A stretch of 64,000 nt of DNA from Myxococcales bacterium (GTDB lineage Bacteria; Myxococcota_A; Polyangia; Polyangiales; DASUME01): the NCBI GenBank assembly GCA_047601445.1, contig JASGJH010000001.1:1952001-2016000 (forward strand), in the 5' to 3' direction. The notes beneath the pieces were generated by a model. It saw only the letters and a list, made by a program, of their open reading frames with translations. It was not told where the DNA came from and did no database searches. Of this stretch, positions 42,050 through 53,230 are shown in pieces. Position 1 is the stretch's first letter. Every line of letters begins with the position of its first letter. The translations under genes were made by a program, and so were the position numbers.

Positions 42050-42850
42050 CTACTCCACCAGGTCCTTCACACGCCGCTTCAAGAGCTCCACGCCATCGCG
42101 CAGCTGTCGCTCCACGCGCTCGAGCGGCATCAAAATATTGCTGCGTACCACTTCGTGCGGTCGGGCTCGGAACTTGGTGGACCAGACCTCGCCATTCCAT
42201 CCCTGCGGCGGCTCCTGCGTGTAGTAGTAAGCCGCGAACGAGCGGCGGTTCACGTCGGCAGGACAGACCACGGGCTGGACGCCGTGATAGCTGGTGTTCG
42301 TGGTCTCGAAGATCAAGCACTGGTTGAGCAGCGGCAGAAACGCGTGCTGGCATTGCTTGACATCGGGGTCCCATAACTCGATCTGCCCGCCCCAGGCTTC
42401 CTGCCACTCGGGGTTCAAGTAGACGAGGATATTGAGCCGTCGGTGGAGCTTGCTCTCCACGGTGTAGTTGAAGTCCACGTGCACATCGAGACGCCCTCCG
42501 GCCCCCGTCACGTGCATGCCGCCGCCATCGAAGGTGGGGTCCGCCACCAACCGAGGAATACCGGTGATGACCTCGAGTGCGCCGAGAAATTCGGGTCCGC
42601 TCAGCACGTCTGCCAGGCGCTTGACGGGCACGGGGAAGCGGCCGCTGTCGGTGATTTGCACCTTGCGGCGCTCGTTCACGCCCGAGAACTCGCGCCCCTG
42701 GGCACGACTGTCATCGAACGTCGGGTACGCGCGCGCGACCTCGCGCACGAAGTCGTCGCGAAGGAAGGGACTCAGCCGGATCCAACGAAACGGGCGCGCC
42801 GCGTTGAACTCAGCGCGAAGCCTATCGACATCGAGTGGGAGCAGTTCCAT
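42050..42850 (-). CDS. 2OG-Fe(II) oxygenase
   Basis: LDVHVDF (HxD), LVYLNPEW, WGGQIELW, SYHGV, RRS. Confidence 0.9.
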   Translation of the reverse strand: MELLPLDVDRLRAEFNAARPFRWIRLSPFLRDDFVREVARAYPTFDDSRAQGREFSGVNERRKVQITDSGRFPVPVKRLADVLSGPEFLGALEVITGIPRLVADPTFDGGGMHVTGAGGRLDVHVDFNYTVESKLHRRLNILVYLNPEWQEAWGGQIELWDPDVKQCQHAFLPLLNQCLIFETTNTSYHGVQPVVCPADVNRRSFAAYYYTQEPPQGWNGEVWSTKFRARPHEVVRSNILMPLERVERQLRDGVELLKRRVKDLVE

Positions 42851-43053
42851 GACGCGTTTGCCTCTTGCACGTGAGAACGCCGACCACGAGATCGCGCCGA
42901 ACGACCGCGAGCCTTGCGTCGAGAGATGAGCTCGAGGTTACTCGGCCAATGCGCGGCCTATCACGCGAAATCTGGCGTCGCTGCGCTGGCGTCGAAGTGT
43001 GCACGACGCCCACGAATCCAAGAGGGCGACGGTTCGCGCGCGCTCTCGGCGCG

Positions 43054-43875
43054 TCAGCGGCGCGTAATGGTCACCTTGTTGATGGTGATCGCCGGCTCGG
43101 GCCGCTCGCTCCCCGGGTGGGACTTCGGCGCCTGCGCGATGCGGTGGACGTTCTCCACGGGCGAGCACTCGCCGAAGTTCGTGTACGTGCCCATTTGCGT
43201 GAGGTGCGGCGCCGCGGCGTCGGTGATGAAGAACTGACCGCCGTTGGTGTTGGGCCCGCGATTGGCCATGCACAAAAGCCCCGCGCGATCGTGCGTGGTG
43301 CCCGGCCAGATCTCGTCTTGCAGGTTGTAACCGGTGTCGCCGGCGCCCGTGCCCATGTGGTCCCCACCCTGGATCATGAAGCCCTCGATCACGCGGTGAA
43401 ACGTGGTGCCGTCGTAGAGTGGCCGCTTGACCCAGGCCCCTTGCTTTGCGTCCCAAAACGGCCGTTCGCCGCGCGCCAAGCCCACGAAGTTGGCCACCGT
43501 CAACGGTGCCTTGTCGGCGTACAGCTTGCACTCGAGGTTGCCGAGGCTGGTCTCGATTTTGGCGTAGAGCGTGCCCTTGCCGGGGAGCCCGCGCGTGGCG
43601 TCCTCGAGCGTAAACTTCCCCCCCGCAGGATCAGGGGAGTCGGGCGTGCCTGGCCGAGCCGGCCGCGGCGGCGGCGCTGGCTGAGCGGCGGCCTCGGCGG
43701 CCTTCTGCATGCTGTCGCGGGTGCCTCGCGGCTCCGCGCTCGCGCCATCCTTGGGACGCTCGCGATAGAACCGCGGCTCCGGCGGATCGGCCTCGCACGC
43801 AACCAGCGTTGCGCCCAGACACATGCTCAACGCCAGAGAACCCAGCGCGCGTCGCTTCTCGTTTCCTGTCTGCAT
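43054..43875 (-). CDS. Cyclophilin-type peptidyl-prolyl isomerase lipoprotein
   Basis: LVAC lipobox; APLTVANF, FHRVIEGFMIQGGD, MANRGPNTNGGQFFIT. Confidence 0.95.
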   Translation of the reverse strand: MQTGNEKRRALGSLALSMCLGATLVACEADPPEPRFYRERPKDGASAEPRGTRDSMQKAAEAAAQPAPPPRPARPGTPDSPDPAGGKFTLEDATRGLPGKGTLYAKIETSLGNLECKLYADKAPLTVANFVGLARGERPFWDAKQGAWVKRPLYDGTTFHRVIEGFMIQGGDHMGTGAGDTGYNLQDEIWPGTTHDRAGLLCMANRGPNTNGGQFFITDAAAPHLTQMGTYTNFGECSPVENVHRIAQAPKSHPGSERPEPAITINKVTITRR

Positions 43876-43898
43876 ACGTCTCCCCCTACCCGCCTCGA

Positions 43899-44462
43899 TC
43901 ACGGTCTCTCACCTGGCGCAATGAAGCGCAGCTTGTCCCCCGCGCCAAAGCCTTGTCGCTTCGCAAAGCCTGCATTCACCTCGAGCACGTACTGGGACAT
44001 CCCGGCCACCTCGCGGGGGCTCTCGGTGAGCGGCTCGGCGTTCTCCACCACGCCAACCACGGTCCAGTCCGAGTCGATGAAGAACATGTCGAGCGGCAGC
44101 AACGTGTTGCGCATCCAGAAGCTGTTGTGACGCTCCGTTGGAAAGATGAACAACATGCCTTCGAGTTCGCCCATCTGCTCGCGGAACATCAAGCCCATCT
44201 GGCGCTGCTGGTCCGTGGCCGCGACCTCCACCTTCACCGTCAAGGGTGCGCGCGGGGCCGCCCGCTCGAACTCCACGTACCCCGTGGGCAAGGTGGGCTG
44301 AGGATCGCCCGCCGGTCGGGGCCGGGCCTGGACGGCCTCCTTGGCTGCATCCGCCTGGACCACGGGTGCGCTTCCGCCGCTCGTCCCGGCGCCGTTGCAA
44401 GCTGCCCCGCCGACACCCCCCAGTAACGCCACGACCAGCCACAGCGTCCGCGCTTCGATCAT
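43899..44462 (-). CDS. DUF192 family lipoprotein
   Basis: EVAAT...GLMFR, GMLFIF, FWMRNTLLPLDMFF, YVLEVNAG. Confidence 0.92.
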   Translation of the reverse strand: MIEARTLWLVVALLGGVGGAACNGAGTSGGSAPVVQADAAKEAVQARPRPAGDPQPTLPTGYVEFERAAPRAPLTVKVEVAATDQQRQMGLMFREQMGELEGMLFIFPTERHNSFWMRNTLLPLDMFFIDSDWTVVGVVENAEPLTESPREVAGMSQYVLEVNAGFAKRQGFGAGDKLRFIAPGERP

Positions 44463-44536
44463 GGCCCGCTGGCTACCATTCTCTGCCTGCTCCGTCGAGG
44501 TTTGGGCTCGAGGCGACGCTGCTATGCTAGCTCCCG

Positions 44537-46088
44537 ATGTCGGATCGAAAACCAGGGCCCGTGGGCCTCGTATCATTGCTCGGGGCAGGCCCCGGAGACC
44601 CCGAACTCATCACCGCACGCGCCTTGCGCCGCCTCGGCGAGGCGGAATCTGGTCCTGTACGACGCATTGGTTCACCCCGATCTGCTGCGACACGCAAACC
44701 CGGCGGCCGAGCTGATCTTCGTGGGCAAGCGGGCCGGACGCGCCAGCGAGCGCCAGAGCAACATCAACGCGCGCTTGATCGGTGCAGCCCAGGCCGGACG
44801 GCGTGTGGTGCGGCTCAAGGGCGGAGATCCTTACTTGTTCGGGCGCGGCTCGGAGGAGGCCGAGGCCCTGGTGGGTGCGGGGATCCCCTTCGAGGTGGTG
44901 CCGGGCGTGCCCTCGCCCATGGCCGCCGCGGCCTATGCCGGTATCTCGCTCACCCACCGGGACCTGGCCAGCAGCGTGGCTTACGTCACGGCCACCGAAT
45001 CCGAGGAGAAGGACGGCAGCGCACACGACTGGAGCAAGCTCGCCACCGCCACCCAGACCCTGGTGTTCTTCATGGGACTTAGGCGCCTCGAGAGCCTCAT
45101 GAAGCGTCTGCACGACCACGGGCGGCCCGCTACGACGCCGGTGGCGGTCGTGTCCTGCGCGTCCTTGCCCAGCCAGCGCACCGTGGTTGGCACCCTCGCG
45201 GACATCGCCGAGAAGGCCAACCAGGCCAAGCTCGAGATGCCCGCCCTCACCATCGTGGGTGACGTGGTGAGTTTGCGCGAACACCTGCGCTGGTTCGACA
45301 ATCAGCCGCTGTTCGGCAAGCGCGTATTGATCACGCGGCCGGACGGGCAGTCGAGCGGGCTCGCGCGGGCGCTACGTGAGGCGGGTGCAGATCCCGTGGA
45401 GCTCCCGAGCATCCAGATTGTGCCGCCGCGGGATCCGGCTTTGTTGGCTCAGCATCTGGGGCAGCTCGGCTCGTACCAGTGGCTCGTGGTCACCAGCGTA
45501 AACGGCGTTCGGGCCGTGTTCGACACCCTGCGCGCCCTGGGCCGCGACAGCCGCGCCCTCGGCAACTGTAAGGTCGCCGCCATCGGTCCGGCCACGCGCG
45601 ATGCGCTGGTGGCATACGGCATCCGCGCCGACGTCGTGCCCGCTGAGTACCGCGGCGAGGCGGTGGCCGAGGCGATGCTCGCGACGGGTCCCTTGCAAGG
45701 GCAGCGCGTGCTCCTGGCGCGGGCCGAGCAAGCCCGCGAGGCCTTGCCCGAGCTCTTGCGGGCCCATGGCGCCGCGCTCGACGTGGTGCCGGCCTACCGT
45801 ACCGAGCGGGCCAACTCCGAGCGCATGAATCAGATTCGGCGCCGCCTGGAGGAAGGCACCATCGACGTCGTCACCTTCACTTCCTCGTCCACCGCTGAAC
45901 AGCTGGTGGCGGGCCTCGGTCTGGACGCCTCGGCCCTGCTGGCCAAGCCGCTCCGGGCCGCCATCGGCCCCATTACGGCAGAAACCCTGGCCAACCTGGG
46001 ACTACCAGCCCACGTCGTGGCCAACGAATACACCGCCGATGGACTGCTGGCGGCCCTGACGGCCCACGCACGCGCCGATGGTCGATAG
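44537..46088 (+). CDS. cobA: Uroporphyrinogen-III C-methyltransferase / uroporphyrinogen-III synthase fusion; one extra base at ~44646
   Basis: GAGPGDPELIT in the 44537 frame, then LVLYDALV, RLKGGDPYLFGRG and HemD motifs (VTSVNGV, AIGPAT, FTSSST) in the 44502 frame. Confidence 0.92.
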
Positions 46089-46575
46089 TGGCGTGGCAGC
46101 CGACGTCAAAGGGCCCTTGCTCGCGCGCTTCGAGGCCGAGCGAGAGGCCGAGCTGAGCTTCGCGCGGCTGCGTCGCACCAGCGCCATCGTGCTGGCAGTC
46201 GGCTCGCTTGCGGTGCTGCTCGGCAGAGTGCCCGTCGCAGTTTTCCTCGTTGGGGCATTGGGCCTCGCACTGTCTCTTGCGTGGCTGGTCCAAGCGCGCA
46301 GATCCGCACGACGGGCCCGCGACCCCGGGGCCACCTATCTTGCCGTCCACGCGCACGGCCTCGAATGGGCCGACGGGTTCAAAGCTCCCATCTGGGTTGC
46401 CTGGAACACGGTCAGCGAACTCGACGTCGACGAGGAGCACCTCGACGTCCGGGTATCGCTCAAAGGCGCGTCACCGCTACACATCGAGCCGCGCTACCCG
46501 GGGGTTGAAATCCACGAACTCGTGCGCACGTTGAGAAACGCTTGGCAGCGCTCGGACGACTTTCCCGAAGCCTGA
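46078..46575 (+). CDS. Hypothetical membrane protein (2 TM + small beta domain)
   Basis: Two hydrophobic segments; overlaps the cobA-hemD stop. Confidence 0.65.
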   Translation: MVDSGVAADVKGPLLARFEAEREAELSFARLRRTSAIVLAVGSLAVLLGRVPVAVFLVGALGLALSLAWLVQARRSARRARDPGATYLAVHAHGLEWADGFKAPIWVAWNTVSELDVDEEHLDVRVSLKGASPLHIEPRYPGVEIHELVRTLRNAWQRSDDFPEA

Positions 46576-46663
46576 AACGCAGCATGAGCTGTTACCAACT
46601 CGCCGTCGATGTAGACTAGGCGTCGTCGAGCGCGCACCTTCGCGCGCCACCAGGAGAGGACGT

Positions 46664-46987
46664 ATGGCGCACAAAACCGACCACGACTCCGACGTGGTCA
46701 CCGAGTCAAAGACTCGGGAAGAGGTCAAGCGTCCTCCGCTCTACAAAGTCCTCATTCATAATGACAACTACACGACGCGTGAGTTCGTGGTCGACGTTTT
46801 GAGGAACGTGTTTCACCACAATGAGACGGACGCCACGCGCATCATGCTCTACGTGCATCACCAGGGAGTCGGAGTCGCGGGCGTTTACTCGTTCGAAATA
46901 GCCGAGATGAAAGCGCGCAAGAGTGAAGAGCTCGCGCGCGAGCACGAGTTTCCGCTCAGACTCACATTGGAACCGGAGGACGATTGA
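46664..46987 (+). CDS. clpS: Clp protease adaptor ClpS
   Basis: YKVLIHNDNYTTREFVV, IMLYVH, EFPLR; SD-like AGGAGAGGA. Confidence 0.96.
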   Translation: MAHKTDHDSDVVTESKTREEVKRPPLYKVLIHNDNYTTREFVVDVLRNVFHHNETDATRIMLYVHHQGVGVAGVYSFEIAEMKARKSEELAREHEFPLRLTLEPEDD

Positions 46988-46988
46988 C

Positions 46989-49274
<2,286 letters not shown>

Positions 49275-49283
49275 TGGGCGCAA

Positions 49284-50003
49284 ATGCCCATTCACATGCT
49301 GACGGACGAGCTTCGCTTTCCTCCGCCAGAGGGCGCCTCGGCTGAAGGCATCGTGGCCATCGGCGGAGACTTTCGTCCGGAGCGCCTACTCCTCGGATAC
49401 GCCCAGGGCATCTTCCCATGGCCGAGCGAGGGCCTGCCCTTGCTCTGGTTCTCTCCCGACCCGCGCTTCGCGTTGGAACCACAGCACGCCCACGTCCCGC
49501 GCTCGCTGCGCAAGCTCATGCGCAAGCAGCCCTTCAGCGTGCGCTTCGACACGGCGTTCAGCGCCGTGATCCGCGGCTGCGCGGCCATGCGCCGACCCGG
49601 CCAGCGCGGCACCTGGATCACGCACGAGCTGGTGGAAGGTTACGAGGCCCTGCACGCGCGCGGCTACGCCCACAGCGTGGAGGCCTGGCTGGGCGAGCGT
49701 TTGGTCGGCGGGCTCTACGGGGTCGGCCTGGGCAAAGTGTTCTTCGGCGAGTCGATGTTCTCGCTGGTGCCCGATGCCTCCAAATGCGCCTTCGCCTATT
49801 TGCTCGGACAGCTCTTGGCCTGGGACTTTCAGCTCGTGGACTGTCAGGTGCATACGGAGCACCTGGAGCGCTTCGGCGCCGAGGAGTGGCCGCGGGAGGT
49901 CTTCCTGGGGGCGCTACGCTCGGCCCTGGAAGGCGAGACCAAGCTCGGTCCATGGCGTCTGGAGCTCTCGCTCGACCAGGTGCTGGAGCTCTTGCCGGCC
50001 TGA
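49284..50003 (+). CDS. aat: Leucyl/phenylalanyl-tRNA--protein transferase
   Basis: GIFPW, WFSPDPR, TWIT, HSVEAW, LVGGLYG, GESMFS, DCQ. Confidence 0.97.
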   Translation: MPIHMLTDELRFPPPEGASAEGIVAIGGDFRPERLLLGYAQGIFPWPSEGLPLLWFSPDPRFALEPQHAHVPRSLRKLMRKQPFSVRFDTAFSAVIRGCAAMRRPGQRGTWITHELVEGYEALHARGYAHSVEAWLGERLVGGLYGVGLGKVFFGESMFSLVPDASKCAFAYLLGQLLAWDFQLVDCQVHTEHLERFGAEEWPREVFLGALRSALEGETKLGPWRLELSLDQVLELLPA

Positions 50004-50017
50004 GCGGCCGAGTCCGC

Positions 50018-50875
50018 CTACACCGGATCGGAGCGGAAGATCACCACGCCCAGGTCCGGTCCGAGCACCTTCACGGGCAACACTCCAAAGGCATACCAAC
50101 GCCCGAACTGCATGAAGTCTCCCGTGTAGCCGCCGGGGCTCTTGGCGAGCCCGCTCTTGCGAGCCGCTCCGTCGGGGACCATGGTGTCGAGATCTGGCGG
50201 CGTGCCGAAGTGGTGCAGCTTGTCGGCCTGGTACACGTAGACCCAGAGGATGGCGCCCTTCTCGCTCACGTGGTCCAGCTGGAGCTGCTTGGTGAGTCGC
50301 TGCGAGAGCCTCCACAATGGAATGCCCGTCAGCACCGCCCCCACCACCTTGTCGTCCTTGATGGAAGGCGCTGCGAAGAGCAGGGACACGCTACCCTCCC
50401 CGCCCTCCTCGATGGCCGGAAACGTGTCCACCGCGTAGCCCGTGCTGCCTGCCAGGGCCTTGCGCACCAGCTCGAAGACCTGACCGAGGTTGACCCCCGT
50501 CATGCGGTCCCTTTCGCCCTTGGCGTCGGTGGCGAGGACCACCCCGTTCGCGTCGACCGCGGCCGTGAAGGTGCGCGCGGACGCCACGAGCTGCGGAATG
50601 CCGCGCGGCGGCTTGGTCAGCAGACGCAGAGCGGTGCGCATCTGAGTCTCACGCAGCTTGGGATCCTCGACGGCGAAGCCTGGCGCGATGCGGACTCCCG
50701 CGGCCTTCACACCCACGAGGTGATCCTGGATGTCGTCCACGACCAACCCTTTCACCTCGGCGGCGTGGGTCTCTCGGATGACCTTGCGGGCGTTGGGCGC
50801 GCCATCGGGTCCGCACGCTGCGAGCGCGAGGGACCACAAGGAGAGCGACACGATGAGAGCGGTGCGCAGCGACAT
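50018..50875 (-). CDS. Lipoprotein with possible Cache/PAS-like domain
   Basis: LAAC lipobox; AVDANGVVLA...LLFAAPSIKDDKVVGAV resembles Cache domains. Confidence 0.6.
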   Translation of the reverse strand: MSLRTALIVSLSLWSLALAACGPDGAPNARKVIRETHAAEVKGLVVDDIQDHLVGVKAAGVRIAPGFAVEDPKLRETQMRTALRLLTKPPRGIPQLVASARTFTAAVDANGVVLATDAKGERDRMTGVNLGQVFELVRKALAGSTGYAVDTFPAIEEGGEGSVSLLFAAPSIKDDKVVGAVLTGIPLWRLSQRLTKQLQLDHVSEKGAILWVYVYQADKLHHFGTPPDLDTMVPDGAARKSGLAKSPGGYTGDFMQFGRWYAFGVLPVKVLGPDLGVVIFRSDPV

Positions 50876-50949
50876 GCTGCGTGGACACTAGCCAAGAGCT
50901 CGTGTTCCCGGCAAGTCCGCGCTGCGCCACCGGCTCGGCGAAGGCAGGC

Positions 50950-52113
50950 TCAGCGCGAGCAGAATCCTTCGTAGTCGATGTACTCTTTGATGGTGGGGTT
51001 ATCGCCGCACACGGGGCAGGTCTTGTCCCTGCGTAGCTTGAGCGTCCTGAAGCTCATCTTGAGCGAGTCGTAGGTCAACAGCCGCCCGACCAGCGGATCG
51101 CCCTGGCTGAGGATGATCTTGATGGCCTCGGTGGCCTGCACGACGCCGATGATGCCGGGCAACACGCCGAGCACGCCGGCCTCCGCGCACGAAGGCGCCA
51201 GGTGGGCAGGCGGGGGTTCGGGATACAGGCAGCGGTAGCACGGCCCCTTGTCGGCCCAGAAGGTGGTGACCTGACCATCGAAGCGGAAGATCGAGCCGTG
51301 CACGACGGGAATCTTGCGCCAGACGGTGGCGTCGTTGAGTAGGTAGCGCGTGGGGAAGTTGTCGACACCGTCGACGATCACGTCCCAGCCATGATCGAGG
51401 ATGCGGTCGATGTTGGAGCTGTTCATGCGCTCCTGGAACTTCACGACTTTCACGTCAGGGTTCAGGTTGGTCAGCGTCTTCTCGGCGCTGTCTACCTTGG
51501 GGATCCCGATGCGATCGGTGCCGTGCAGCACCTGGCGCTGTAGGTTCGAGGAGTCCACGGTGTCCGCGTCCACCAGACCGATCGTGCCCACGCCCGCGGC
51601 CGCCAGATACAGCGCGGAGGGCGACCCCAGACCGCCGGCCCCGAGCAGGAGCACGCGGCTCTTCAAGAGCTTCTCTTGTCCCTTGTCGCCGACCTCGGGC
51701 AACAGGAGGTGGCGCGAGTAGCGTTCGAGCTGCGCAGGCGTGAGCTGCGCAGGCGTCTCCACCGGATAGCCCATGTCCTTCCAGCGCACGAAACCTGGGT
51801 TGGCCGACTCCACCTGGGAGTAGCCCATCTCCGCGAGCACCTTGGACGCGAAAGCCGAGCGGACGCCGCCGGCGCAATACACGACCAGCTTGGCGTTCTT
51901 GTTGGGCAGCTTGCTCTCGGCCTGCATCTCGAGAAAGCCGCGCGGCAAGAGGACGGCACCCGGGATGAAACCGTTCTTGGTCTCGTCCTTCTCGCGCACA
52001 TCCACGAACACGTAGTCTTCCTTGGCCTCGAGTCGGCGCTTGGCTTCCTCGAGCGTGACCTGCTTGATGTGGCCCTTCACGTCCTGCAGCAGATCCGAAT
52101 AGGTCTTCGCCAT
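50950..52113 (-). CDS. moeB: Rhodanese-MoeB/ThiF adenylyltransferase fusion
   Basis: N-terminal rhodanese (DVRE, YCAGGVRS); RYSRHLLL, GAGGLGS, SNLQRQ, CYRC, CAEAGV, CPVC. Confidence 0.93.
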   Translation of the reverse strand: MAKTYSDLLQDVKGHIKQVTLEEAKRRLEAKEDYVFVDVREKDETKNGFIPGAVLLPRGFLEMQAESKLPNKNAKLVVYCAGGVRSAFASKVLAEMGYSQVESANPGFVRWKDMGYPVETPAQLTPAQLERYSRHLLLPEVGDKGQEKLLKSRVLLLGAGGLGSPSALYLAAAGVGTIGLVDADTVDSSNLQRQVLHGTDRIGIPKVDSAEKTLTNLNPDVKVVKFQERMNSSNIDRILDHGWDVIVDGVDNFPTRYLLNDATVWRKIPVVHGSIFRFDGQVTTFWADKGPCYRCLYPEPPPAHLAPSCAEAGVLGVLPGIIGVVQATEAIKIILSQGDPLVGRLLTYDSLKMSFRTLKLRRDKTCPVCGDNPTIKEYIDYEGFCSR

Positions 52114-52183
52114 GGTCTTCGAACTCCTCACACGCGCCGCTGGCGCGACCCGCCAAGCGCTCTAGGGCGCTGGCGAGGCCCGC

Positions 52184-52212
52184 AATATGGAAACCGCCAG
52201 CAGCAGCGTCAA
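52184..52212 (-). promoter_or_regulatory. Putative sigma70 promoter of moeB
   Basis: TTGACG-17-CATATT, followed by a GC hairpin in the leader and SD GAGGAG. Confidence 0.55.
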
Positions 52213-52373
52213 GCACGCTCGGCAATGGGCGGGGGCTCCATACGCGCGCGTTAACGGGCGATGTGCCCACGACTCACTAGCCTCGTGGGCAGTTGGACGC
52301 GGGCCATGCGCAGGACGTTACGAGCTGGAGACGCGAGACGCCGCTGGGACGGGGAGAGCGGCGAGGTTTCAGG

Positions 52374-52940
52374 TCAGGCGGCGGCCGTGCTGAGGGGCAT
52401 GTAGCCCTCGAGCGACGCGTAGTCCGACAGCAGTTCCTGCAGCTGCTTGCGAGCCCGGTGCAGGCGGGACATCACGGTGCCGATGGGGCAGCCTAGTTCG
52501 CTGGCCACTTCGCGGTAGCTCAGGTCCCCCAGGTCGACCAACTCCACGACCGCGCGAAACTCCGAAGGCAGCGAGGCCAGGGCCGCGCCCACTTCGTCCC
52601 CGAGGCCGTCGCGCTCGGCGGCGCGCACGACGCTGCAGGTGGTGGCTTCGCGGCGAGCTTCTTCACCCGCCAGGCGGAACAGCTCGCGCTCGCGACGCTG
52701 CTTGCGGTAGGCGTTGATGAACGTGTTGACGAGAATGCGGTGAAGCCACGCGCGGGCATTGGAGCCGGGCTCGAAGCGATCCCAGAACGTCCAGGCGCGG
52801 AGCACTGCTTCTTGAACCAAGTCATCGGCCTCATCGAGGCTACCGGTGAGACGTCGTGCGGCCTCCCGAAGAGCGGGGGCATGACGCGCCACGGCGGCGT
52901 CGAAAGAGTCGTCCTGATGCGCGGCGAGCTGGCTCTCCAT
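52374..52940 (-). CDS. ECF sigma factor (SigR/SigH-like)
   Basis: ADDLVQE, NARAWLHRILVNTFIN, LSYREVA, PIGTVMSRLHRAR. Confidence 0.93.
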   Translation of the reverse strand: MESQLAAHQDDSFDAAVARHAPALREAARRLTGSLDEADDLVQEAVLRAWTFWDRFEPGSNARAWLHRILVNTFINAYRKQRRERELFRLAGEEARREATTCSVVRAAERDGLGDEVGAALASLPSEFRAVVELVDLGDLSYREVASELGCPIGTVMSRLHRARKQLQELLSDYASLEGYMPLSTAAA

Positions 52941-52994
52941 GCAGGCATCTCCTGTTTGCGGGGGTCCCCCCTCCGCAGTCACGAGAGGAGCTTG

Positions 52995-53010
52995 TGCAAC
53001 GGCTATGCCC
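52995..53010 (-). promoter_or_regulatory. Putative sigma54 (-24/-12) promoter of the ECF sigma gene
   Basis: GGGCATAGCCGTTGCA against consensus TGGCAC-N5-TTGCW, with exact GG-N10-GC spacing. Confidence 0.65.
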
Positions 53011-53180
53011 AGACCTGTAAGCCTATGATTGAACTTGGCTTTGCTCGAAGACCGCCCGACTTAGCCCGAGATCGAGAGCAGCAGCCGCCCGCGAACCATG
53101 ACATCTGCGCCATAGGGTTCGGCACAGGTGACGCCAATCCTTCACACAGCGCGCGTGGCTCGGGAATAAATGTAAAAAGA

Positions 53181-53196
53181 TGTATTGCGACTCACA
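53181..53196. promoter_or_regulatory. Putative upstream activator site
   Basis: TGTAT-TGCGAC-TCACA (TGT-N10-ACA; also CRP-like) in an AT-rich patch ~170 nt upstream of the sigma54 motif. Confidence 0.4.
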
Positions 53197-53230
53197 CGAT
53201 CGCCCGGGTGCTTCACGTCACTGAAATCGG

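Noticed and set aside
50950..52113. MoeB as the E1 of a ubiquitin-like system
   Set aside because: No ThiS/MoaD, E2 or JAB gene is adjacent; rhodanese-MoeB fusions are common.
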